This document shows positions 40,470-48,395 of a stretch of 64,000 nt of DNA, in pieces. The stretch covers positions 3,865-67,864 of the forward strand of contig CABUVL010000002.1 of assembly GCA_902495005.1 (NCBI GenBank), given 5' to 3'. The first letter of the stretch is position 1. Every line of letters starts with the position of its first letter. The notes under the pieces were generated by a model. That model worked only from the letters and a program-made list of their open reading frames with translations. It did no database searches and was not told the DNA's origin. This DNA is from an uncultured Verrucomicrobiota bacterium (GTDB lineage Bacteria > Verrucomicrobiota > Verrucomicrobiia > Opitutales > UBA9783). Made by a program: the position numbers and the translations under genes.

Positions 40470-41942
40470 TTAGATTTCGCTGAAGTTAAAGTTAATTAAT
40501 TCTGCATTTTTCGTTAAAATGATGCCGTTGGGGGTAATTGATTGGATAAAGTAGCTGGAGGGCAATGTCGTGCCTTCGAAATAGCGTTCGCCGTTTTCCA
40601 AATCGATCCATGGGGTGCCGTTGGGGGGAATTGAAACGGACAATATGGGGGAATTAAAGAAGGCGCGTTTGACAGATTGATGGTGCAGGACGGAGACGTT
40701 GGTTGAGACACTGCAGATGCCGTGAAATTGTTTGAGAAGCAATTCCTTTGTTTGTTTCCAACTGCTTACGTTTTGTGGTGGAATTTGTCCGGAGATGACT
40801 AATCCCTGTGGTACGGTTTGCAAATGTAAGAGCCCCATAAGTCCATGTTTAGAAAGCACATTTGATGCCATGTTGTAAACTTCTTCGGGATTCATGAGGG
40901 TAGTTTGAATTGATTTTAGGCCGATGACTTCGGTCAAGATTTTATTTTGCAAGTTGGGGAGTTGGTCTATCGCATAATAGTATCCTCTGAGTGCGAGAGT
41001 GTTCAGATCTTTTGTCTTGTGGACGGTGATTGTCTTAAGCGGCTTAATAATTTCTTGTGTTTGGGCCACTAAATTCTCTTGGGAATAGACGCGCAAATTT
41101 TTTAAAGGTATGGAGGAAAAGGCCTTAATGAGAGCTTGTTTTTGGTCGTTAGTTTCTACGTAAGCGGTGATTGAAAAGTTATCTTGCGCTTGGGTAAGTG
41201 TAAAATTATTAGATTTGACGTTATTCTTTTCCAAAATTTTGACGATGCTCGCTTTGTTGTAAGTTGGTTTAGCTTGTGCTTGCGATGTTTCGTCGGAGTT
41301 AGATGTAAGCATCATTGCAAGACCAAAGATAGAAAAAACGCCGATGATGATTAACGTTAAGATGAGGTAATTGAGGGTTGTTTTAAGCTTTGAGCGCTTC
41401 TTAGTATTTTTATTATCTGAGTCGGTTGTCGCTGCTGACTCTTCCGCTGGGTCGGAGTCTAAAGGCGGAGTACTCGGTTCGTTTAAATCGCTTTGCGAGC
41501 TTTCCTCAGGCCCTGTGGCATTGGCTTGGGAAGCGGTGATGGTGGGCCATGTGACGTCGCTCGGACCGGTAGACACAAGGGTTGTGCCGAGTGTGATGGC
41601 TTGGAAGTTTGTGAGGGTGATGGATCCATTTCGCTTGCTTCCATCGATAACGGTATGCGCGTTGTCTGAGATATTCAGTTGGACTTGATTGTCTTTGACA
41701 AAAAGTTCGGCATGTTTATCTTGGAGTGAGGAGTCCATGAGCACAACGTCGCAATCGGCTCCTTTCCCGAGACTTATGGACGCTTCTGTGAGATCGATTT
41801 CGGCACCTGAGTGAGGTCCTGATAAGATACGTAATACATAGTGAGATGGGACGCTGTTGAGTGAATTTGTAACTTCCTGAGCATTAGTCACAGGAGAATT
41901 ACCATGTTCAACATCTTGCTTTGTATCGCCTACCATAGCCAC
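40470..41942 (-). CDS. sctD: SctD inner-membrane ring protein with cytoplasmic FHA-like domain
   Basis: N-terminal YVLRILSGPHSGAEIDLTEASISLGKGADCDVVLMDSSLQDKHAELFV (YscD-type FHA). Single TM LILTLIIIGVFSIFGLAMML. Periplasmic C-terminus. The start is either GTG 41942 or ATG 41936. Confidence 0.75.
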   Translation of the reverse strand: MAMVGDTKQDVEHGNSPVTNAQEVTNSLNSVPSHYVLRILSGPHSGAEIDLTEASISLGKGADCDVVLMDSSLQDKHAELFVKDNQVQLNISDNAHTVIDGSKRNGSITLTNFQAITLGTTLVSTGPSDVTWPTITASQANATGPEESSQSDLNEPSTPPLDSDPAEESAATTDSDNKNTKKRSKLKTTLNYLILTLIIIGVFSIFGLAMMLTSNSDETSQAQAKPTYNKASIVKILEKNNVKSNNFTLTQAQDNFSITAYVETNDQKQALIKAFSSIPLKNLRVYSQENLVAQTQEIIKPLKTITVHKTKDLNTLALRGYYYAIDQLPNLQNKILTEVIGLKSIQTTLMNPEEVYNMASNVLSKHGLMGLLHLQTVPQGLVISGQIPPQNVSSWKQTKELLLKQFHGICSVSTNVSVLHHQSVKRAFFNSPILSVSIPPNGTPWIDLENGERYFEGTTLPSSYFIQSITPNGIILTKNAELINFNFSEI

Positions 41943-42156
41943 TTCTAATTTAATCTTCTTTTAGTGTGGTGTAAATGAAAAAATTTATTTGGGGGTTAAA
42001 TGTGTGAGTCGGTAATGGTTCGCAACATTTTTTAAGAAGCGTGCTCAAAGCCCGATGGTCAGTGGAATAGGGGAGAGCAATGGCATTGTGAAGCTTAAAA
42101 GCTAAGTTTAAATTTTTAATTGTTGATTGTAAGTTAATTGATTTATTTTACATGGA

Positions 42157-42304
42157 GTGACATTTTTTTCTTGCAAAGACGGATGTGATACTTTTAACTT
42201 AAATCCCGTTAATAAAGTATTTTTTAGTTTTTATTTTCATAATTATTGATGTCCTTTACCGCAGATGTTTTGCCCGAGTAGGGTGGGCGTCTGCGGTATT
42301 TTTG
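42157..42304 (+). ncRNA. Unit A: candidate small-RNA gene (promoter-like box, AU-rich body, conserved terminator hairpin)
   Basis: T7-CTTGCAA (42171-42176), 18 nt, TAACTT. 10-bp hairpin at 42258-42297 with loop containing CCCGAGTAGGGTG, then ATTTTTG. Paralogous to 60117-60267. No same-strand upstream gene. Confidence 0.4.
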
Positions 42305-42385
42305 TTTAGGTGGGGATGACCTTATCCTGCGTTTCTGCACAGTGCTTATGAATTATCAGCCAGAGAAGATGGTGTAAAAATGCGG

Positions 42386-42440
42386 GCGATGTTGGTCCAC
42401 GTTAACTATTTTGCCGGTATTCTTGCAAGATGGAGAGGAT
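42386..42440 (-). pseudogene. Relic 3-prime end of a paralogue of the 44026..45027 gene
   Basis: 34-bp exact (42407-42440 = 44064-44097) and about 55-bp imperfect match. The minus strand would read ..ILSILQEYRQNS-stop, against ..ILSILQEYRQNTANAETNIARMN in the intact gene. Confidence 0.5.
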
Positions 42441-42590
42441 GGAATATCTCGCGGAGCATGTTTTTTAATTTGTTGATAATGAAAATTGTTTTTGGTTGGT
42501 CTGAGGGCTAAATGCCTTAATTAGTTTATGGTAAGGAAATAAGCTCAGAAAGTATTTGACAGAGGTGTTAAGTTTGAGAGAGTTAAGGGA

Positions 42591-43955
42591 ATGAAAGCGT
42601 TTGGAAAAAGAATGCTGATGGGTGCGATAGTGCTCAGTGGGGTGATGGTAGAAGAGGGATGTTTGATGGGGGATGTGGTAGAGAAGTTAGAGCAGGCGAA
42701 TGCCGCCTTTGAACCCTACCGAAGGGCTGTACAACAGACCGCAAGTTCGCTAGCGGCGCTGGATGAGTGCGTTGAAAAAGTACTTCCCTACTTCAGCGCG
42801 ATGTACATGAGTCCTGCGCAGCAACAAGAGGGTACGGAAGCCCGCTGGCAAAACATCGCCAAGCTTTATATCAACGCCTTCGACGAATTTCAAACACGCC
42901 TGCGTCAGGTCTGGCGTGATCACGGTAACGGTGGTTTCTATTTCGTCGGCGGTAGTTTTATACCTTGCATTAACAATAAATGTGGTTGTTTTGGATATGA
43001 TATTCGAGGAAATGCTGTCCCTTCACCAATTATGACGGGTTGCTGGCAGCAAGGACGCTTGGTCACCCAAAAAAATAAGTGGATAAAAACGGCGATTGGG
43101 GAGTATCATAACAGGTTTGTGCATGCTTGGATGTTGACCGATCAGCAGTTAGCAGAGAAGAAAGGGATTGAGGATGGTAGTTGTGCAGATTTTTGTTGTG
43201 ATTTTTGGTGTTGCTGTTGTGGTAGTGCTTACGTGGAGCAGACTCGGAAGCAGGCATTTGAGTATCATATCGGTCAGTACGTGCGACCTGTGATTGCCGA
43301 ATGTTTGCACAATTGCAAAGATTTGAAGGCCTGTGGCAAGTATTGGTTGAAAGATTTTTGCGATCCGGTGGCAGATTTACTGTTTTATTTGTGCAATAAT
43401 AATTGTATGAAGGCTGAGGAATTAAGTTTGGAGGAAGTGTTGACGGTGCTCAATTTGTACCGCGCTTACGTGGAATCGGACTGTGGTTATTCAGAACAAT
43501 ACGTCTGGGCTCAAAAGCGCTTCAATGAGATTACGCGTGCGGTGCACGGTTGGTTTATCCGTGTGGTGAACGCAAACGATCAAAAGACGGATAGTGTGTT
43601 ATATGCCTATATTACACTGATGCTTGTAAATTGGAATGAGAGTATCCCTGCGTACAATGACAACAAAGAGGGTGGCTATCAAAATAATCCAGATTTCATC
43701 GTGCCGCCCTTGGGTTATTACCAAATTACGTTCGATATCTTAAATCCCATACTTGCGGCGCCAGCCTCTATAGGGACATTTAATCTTTCCAGGGCAAACG
43801 AAGATAACAGGTCTTTAAAAAATATTTTGCGCAAGGCGACCAACGAATGGTTGAAGATACAAGAAAATCAGCAAGAATATAATGAAAGAATACGGCAAGA
43901 GCAGCTGCTCAGAGATGCGACGTCGGCTTTGAGAGCGGCGGCCTATGCGCACTAA
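42591..43955 (+). CDS. Cysteine-rich hypothetical protein (candidate exported protein or effector)
   Basis: 454-aa ORF. Hydrophobic signal-like N-terminus (MLMGAIVLSGVMV). All 20 Cys lie in the first ~300 aa, including SCADFCCDFWCCCCGSAY (43182-43220). Helical Cys-free C-terminus. No family recognised. Confidence 0.6.
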   Translation: MKAFGKRMLMGAIVLSGVMVEEGCLMGDVVEKLEQANAAFEPYRRAVQQTASSLAALDECVEKVLPYFSAMYMSPAQQQEGTEARWQNIAKLYINAFDEFQTRLRQVWRDHGNGGFYFVGGSFIPCINNKCGCFGYDIRGNAVPSPIMTGCWQQGRLVTQKNKWIKTAIGEYHNRFVHAWMLTDQQLAEKKGIEDGSCADFCCDFWCCCCGSAYVEQTRKQAFEYHIGQYVRPVIAECLHNCKDLKACGKYWLKDFCDPVADLLFYLCNNNCMKAEELSLEEVLTVLNLYRAYVESDCGYSEQYVWAQKRFNEITRAVHGWFIRVVNANDQKTDSVLYAYITLMLVNWNESIPAYNDNKEGGYQNNPDFIVPPLGYYQITFDILNPILAAPASIGTFNLSRANEDNRSLKNILRKATNEWLKIQENQQEYNERIRQEQLLRDATSALRAAAYAH

Positions 43956-43960
43956 GAATT

Positions 43961-44017
43961 TCTGTGGAGGAGCCCATAAAACATCGAACAAACAATAACA
44001 AAAAGTTCCTCCACAGA
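43961..44017. terminator. 11-bp perfect inverted repeat between convergent genes
   Basis: TCTGTGGAGGA (43961-43971) and TCCTCCACAGA (44007-44017) with a 35-nt A-rich loop. Possibly a bidirectional terminator, although the loop is long. Confidence 0.4.
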
Positions 44018-44025
44018 GCCTAAGT

Positions 44026-45027
44026 TTAATTCATACGAGCGATGTTGGTTTCCGCGTTGGCGGTATTTTGCCGGTATTCTTGCAAGATGGAGAGGATAGT
44101 CTTCAAGAAATTGAAGAAGGATTCTTGCTCCTTGTCGTCCATCTGCTCATTTTGTTTCCAAAATTCGAGCAATGCAGTGGCCTCTTCTTTGGCGATTTCG
44201 GCATCTTGTTGATCTTGGTTGTAGCCAGCGGCAGCGATACCTCCACTCGCTTGTGCGAGCTGCTGGCAGCCTTGGGTAAGGGTACCGATGGCTTGGATGT
44301 GATTGGAATAATCTTGTTGCGTTGATTTGGCGGCATCTGTAATTGTTGTTCTACCACCTGTCCCGTTAAAATTTGTGTTGGATCCTTTTAATTTTATTTT
44401 ACCTATAGCCAAATTCCCCTGTGCTAGACCGCCGGCGATGCTGAAGGCGCCGCTGACCATGTTGGAGATGGCGGAGGCCATGGCTGACTTGTAAGCCTCG
44501 TCGCGGGCCTCTTCCATGGAGCTGATTTTTGCTTCCAGAGCGGCCATAATCCCGTTTATGTCGTTGAGTTCGCCCTGACGTTGACAATTGACCAACATGG
44601 TGAATACCTTGATCAATTCCTTCATCAAGGAACGAATGTCGTCGTCGGTGATGGTCTTGCTCTTTGCTGACGCGACCGACTGCGCTGAATTTGTTTCGCT
44701 GGTGGAAGAGGACTTGCTTGTGTCCGATGTGGCTGTGGTTTCACTGGCTGTACTCGAGTCATTAACCGATGCTACAACAACCTTGGGTGAGTCATAGTTC
44801 GATTGGGCTATAAAGTACTGTTCTGCTAATATTCCAGATGTATAGGAGCTGGAATTATCGGCTTTGTAACCTGTTGTCTCGGTATTTAGACCCTCCGTTT
44901 GTTTGGATCCCCCATTCATTTTATTGACGGTCGAATTTTCGAGAGATTTTTGAGCCTCCATGTAGTTTTCAGAGGTAGTATCGTAGTTATTATAGTTGCT
45001 ATAGTTCGTATTATTATTTATAGACAT
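44026..45027 (-). CDS. Putative T3SS translocator (SctB class; EspB/YopD/IpaC-like architecture)
   Basis: 333 aa. Asn/Ser/Thr-rich disordered N-terminal ~120 aa without a Sec signal. Coiled segments flank a hydrophobic stretch AMASAISNMVSGAFSIAGGLAQGNLAIG. AAAGGA ribosome-binding site. Architecture only. Confidence 0.4.
   Translation of the reverse strand: MSINNNTNYSNYNNYDTTSENYMEAQKSLENSTVNKMNGGSKQTEGLNTETTGYKADNSSSYTSGILAEQYFIAQSNYDSPKVVVASVNDSSTASETTATSDTSKSSSTSETNSAQSVASAKSKTITDDDIRSLMKELIKVFTMLVNCQRQGELNDINGIMAALEAKISSMEEARDEAYKSAMASAISNMVSGAFSIAGGLAQGNLAIGKIKLKGSNTNFNGTGGRTTITDAAKSTQQDYSNHIQAIGTLTQGCQQLAQASGGIAAAGYNQDQQDAEIAKEEATALLEFWKQNEQMDDKEQESFFNFLKTILSILQEYRQNTANAETNIARMN
44039..44097 (-). 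repeat. Intact-gene copy of the direct repeat bracketing the Cys-rich gene
   Basis: Matches 42386-42440 in the same orientation. The two copies are about 1.66 kb apart. Confidence 0.85.
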
Positions 45028-45439
45028 AAACGTCCTTTCAATGGATAGAAATTAAGTTTTTTTAAGAACATGTTCACTTACCTTTATATCTTATGAATTG
45101 CTCGAAGCACTTGCCTGGGCTCCTTCGCCAAGGCCTTTGTCCCGCGAGCAGGTTTCAGTCGAATCCCGACAGACCCAGAACATAAAAATGTTCCACAATC
45201 GCCAAAATTTGACCTTAATCTCTCTGTGGAGCAAGCCGCAGGCCAATTCACTTACGAACGTAAAACTTTCTGATAAATCTGAAATAAATCCAAATGCTCT
45301 TTGACTACTTATTAAGTTAATTCGGTGCTCGCTCGTTTTACAAATGCTGAGCGTCTTGAATGAGGAGAAGATTGGAACTATCCTAAAATAATGGGCGTTT
45401 TTGTTTGTGTACGGTATTTATTTTTATTTGCCTCATAGT

Positions 45440-47062
45440 ATGAGAAAAAGTACGTGTGCGGTATTTTCATTATTGGTTTTTTTGTTTTTTGGACAAATCG
45501 CTTTTCGTCCCTTGGCAAATCCGGATGAGGGCCGATATGCGGAAATTGCGCGCGAAATCTTGCAATCGGGTGATTGGCTTACCCCACGTTTAAACGGTTT
45601 ACTTTACTTCGAAAAGCCACCTTTTGTCTATTGGTGTACGGCCTTGGGAGAACGCTTGTTTGGCACGAATGTTTTTGGCGCTCGCTTCTTTAACGCTTTG
45701 TTTGCCCTGCTTACCTGCTTCTGCGTGTACCGCTTTTGTACACATTTCTTTAACCGAACATTCGGTAACATTGCCGCCGGTATACTGGGAACAAGCCTCT
45801 TGTGGTGTGAAATGAGCCAGTTGATAACCTTGGATGTCACGCTGAGCTTTTTTATCACCGCCTCAATATTGTCGTTTGCCTGGGGATTTTTAACGCCTCA
45901 TGCGGGGGACGCGCGTAAACATTTTTTCTTGGCGTACATTTTTGTGGCTTTTGCCGTGTTGACCAAAGGTTTTATCGGTCTCATCGCACCCGCCTTGGTC
46001 GGTTTGCCTTGGTTGATATTAACCGGGCACTGGCGAAAATTGGGCCAGTCCTACCTCATCAGAGGTTGCTTGCTGATTGTCCTCATTAATTTCCCGTGGC
46101 ATTACCTCATGGCCGTAAAATACCCCGAGTTCTGCCATTTTTACTTTTGGCACGAGCATTTTGAACGCTATCTCTTGCCCGATCACAATCGCATGAAGCC
46201 GTTTTACTTCCTACCATTGAGCTTCTTATTTGGTATGTTTCCGTGGGCCCTATTCTTTCCAAGGGCTTTGTGCGCGAGCGCGGAATCGTGGCATTCAAAA
46301 TGGGTGCGCGAGATCGTACTCTTGGGCACATTTTGGTCTTTGGGTTTGGTCGGCTTCTTCTCTTTTTCTCACTCACAGCTGATCCCTTACATCTTGCCAG
46401 CCATCCCGGGCGGTGTCCTAATCCTTGCCTGCGCCTTTACAAAGCCAGGTTTTATTCAAAAATGTCGCTTGGAATGTGCCTTGTGGGCTTCCATTCTCTT
46501 ATTGCTCGCGTGCAGTATTCCCTACATTTCCGCCAAACGCGCCTTAATACCCATACCCGTGGGATTTTTAGTGGAATTAATGGTCGTTATGATTCTCATC
46601 ACCGTGGTGGCGTTATTATTTCTCATAAAAAGGTATGTGGCGAGGGCGTTTGTTTTGCTCCTGACGTTGACCTGCCTTTTGTACAGCGCGTTCCCTTGCT
46701 TTTTCTCCTATTTCCAAAGAGATCAAAGTGGGCAAATGAGTCGTTTTATCTTAAAGCAGGGAGATGACGATGCGCAGGTGTATTGCGCCTACTACTATTT
46801 TCAGGATTTGCCATTTTACTTACACCGCTACGTGGGTACAATTAATCACGTTCCGGATGAGCAGACACTCGGTTATCGTTCAGAGCCCTGCGACAGGTAC
46901 ATTGTCTCCGATGCTTTGAGGTATAGGTGGACCTTAAGTAAGCGCATTTTTGTCCTCGTACGACGTCAGCAACGGCAGGTTTTTGAAGGGCAGATGTCTG
47001 AATTGCCGCTTTACAACTTGACGAATGACGCCTACTTTGCTTTATATTCCAATCGTCGATGA
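45440..47062 (+). CDS. ArnT-like polyprenyl-phosphate-sugar glycosyltransferase (GT83/GT39-type, PMT_2)
   Basis: NPDEGRYAEIAREILQSGDWLTPRLNGLLYFEKPPFVYW matches the ArnT periplasmic-loop signature, with about 12 TM spans. ATG 45440 preferred over TTG 45401. Confidence 0.8.
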   Translation: MRKSTCAVFSLLVFLFFGQIAFRPLANPDEGRYAEIAREILQSGDWLTPRLNGLLYFEKPPFVYWCTALGERLFGTNVFGARFFNALFALLTCFCVYRFCTHFFNRTFGNIAAGILGTSLLWCEMSQLITLDVTLSFFITASILSFAWGFLTPHAGDARKHFFLAYIFVAFAVLTKGFIGLIAPALVGLPWLILTGHWRKLGQSYLIRGCLLIVLINFPWHYLMAVKYPEFCHFYFWHEHFERYLLPDHNRMKPFYFLPLSFLFGMFPWALFFPRALCASAESWHSKWVREIVLLGTFWSLGLVGFFSFSHSQLIPYILPAIPGGVLILACAFTKPGFIQKCRLECALWASILLLLACSIPYISAKRALIPIPVGFLVELMVVMILITVVALLFLIKRYVARAFVLLLTLTCLLYSAFPCFFSYFQRDQSGQMSRFILKQGDDDAQVYCAYYYFQDLPFYLHRYVGTINHVPDEQTLGYRSEPCDRYIVSDALRYRWTLSKRIFVLVRRQQRQVFEGQMSELPLYNLTNDAYFALYSNRR

Positions 47063-48054
47063 GTAAAAATCCGGAAATTTCTGTGGTTATCCCCGCGTAC
47101 AACGAGGAGCCTAATATTGATGAGCTCTGTTCGCGCTTGGTCAAGGTCCTGCAGGGAACGGGACGCACGTTTGAAATTATCGTCGTCAACGATGGCAGCA
47201 AGGACGGATCGATCCCAAAATTGTTGCAGTGGTTTCAAAAGTACCCGCACAATTTTAGGATTTTGGACTTCAACTGTAATTTCGGTCACCACAACGCAAT
47301 TTTGGCGGGCTTTGAACACATACGGGGTGAAATCGCCATCACGCTGGACGCCGATTTGCAAAATCCGCCCGAGGAAATCCCGAAACTCTTGCAAAAAATT
47401 GACGAAGGGTACGATTACGTCGGCAGTTACCGTTTGGGAAAGCGACGGGATGTTAAGTGGCGTTGTTGGGCCTCGAAATTAGACAATAAAATCCGTGGTG
47501 CGATTACGGATATTAAGATGTCCGATCAGGGCTGCATGTTCAGAGCGTACCGGCGTTCCATTGTCGACGCCATTGTACATTGTGGGGATTACACAACCTT
47601 TATCCCCGCATTGGCCTACAAATTCGCATCGAAGTACACTGAGGTGGGTATGCGACATGCCCCTCGCTTTAAAGGTGAGTCGAAGTACGGCTTGTACTAT
47701 TTATTGAGGACGCACTTTGACCTTATGACCGGTTTTTCTTTGGTCCCCCTGCAAGTGTTTACCTTATTTGGCTTTATATTGTCAGGTGGAAGCCTCTTGC
47801 TCGTTCTGTACATCTTGGGACGACGTATTTTCTTGGGCCCCGAAGCGGAAGGCGTATTTACACTGTTTGCCATTTTGTTTTTTATGCTCAGTGTGGCGAT
47901 CGTTGGAATCGGTTTGATCGGCGAATACATGGGCCGAATGTATCAGATCATTCAAAAGCATCCGCGCTACTTAATTAAGCACATTTATCAGGACCTATCT
48001 GACGATGATAAGCCGTCGGTGGTCGACAATGAGCCTGAAAATGTTCGCGCGTAG
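47059..48054 (+). CDS. ArnC/GtrB-like GT2 polyprenyl-phosphate glycosyltransferase
   Basis: ISVVIPAYNEEPNI, VVNDGSKDGS, LDADLQNPPEEIP (DxD) and two C-terminal TMs. ATGA overlap with the ArnT-like gene. Confidence 0.85.
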   Translation: MSKNPEISVVIPAYNEEPNIDELCSRLVKVLQGTGRTFEIIVVNDGSKDGSIPKLLQWFQKYPHNFRILDFNCNFGHHNAILAGFEHIRGEIAITLDADLQNPPEEIPKLLQKIDEGYDYVGSYRLGKRRDVKWRCWASKLDNKIRGAITDIKMSDQGCMFRAYRRSIVDAIVHCGDYTTFIPALAYKFASKYTEVGMRHAPRFKGESKYGLYYLLRTHFDLMTGFSLVPLQVFTLFGFILSGGSLLLVLYILGRRIFLGPEAEGVFTLFAILFFMLSVAIVGIGLIGEYMGRMYQIIQKHPRYLIKHIYQDLSDDDKPSVVDNEPENVRA

Positions 48055-48246
48055 CAAAACTTTTTTGTCTGTTCAGGGGTAAAAATGATCTTAATAAGTG
48101 GAGGCGTCGGGTTTTCAATGGCCAGTGTTCGCATGCATTGTGGCATTGAGCTTTGAATAAAATAAGTGCGCTTGCGCTGAAAATTTTGGTGAAAACGTGT
48201 TGACAGTGGAGAGTAATTTGTAATTCTAAAGTACATAGGTTTCACA

Positions 48247-48375
48247 ATGAAAGTAGTTTCGTCCATTAAATCTTTAAAAAGCCGCAATGCTAAGTGCCAA
48301 GTGGTCAGACGCAAAGGTCGTATTTATGTGATTTGCAAAACAAATCCTCGTTTTAAGGCACGCCAAGGTTATTAA
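48247..48375 (+). CDS. rpmJ: 50S ribosomal protein L36, type B (YkgO-like, non-zinc form)
   Basis: 42-aa ORF below the track cutoff: [42 protein letters not shown]. Compare E. coli YkgO ..[25 protein letters not shown]. Confidence 0.85.
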   Translation: MKVVSSIKSLKSRNAKCQVVRRKGRIYVICKTNPRFKARQGY

Positions 48376-48395
48376 TTGTTATAGATTGCTGCAGT

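Noticed and set aside
42475-42493. Fur-box-like sequence GATAATGAAAATTGTTTTT, about 100 bp upstream of the Cys-rich gene.
   Set aside because: It matches only 14/19 positions of GATAATGATAATCATTATC. The right half lacks dyad symmetry and the background is very AT-rich. I would not call it without a genome-wide matrix scan.
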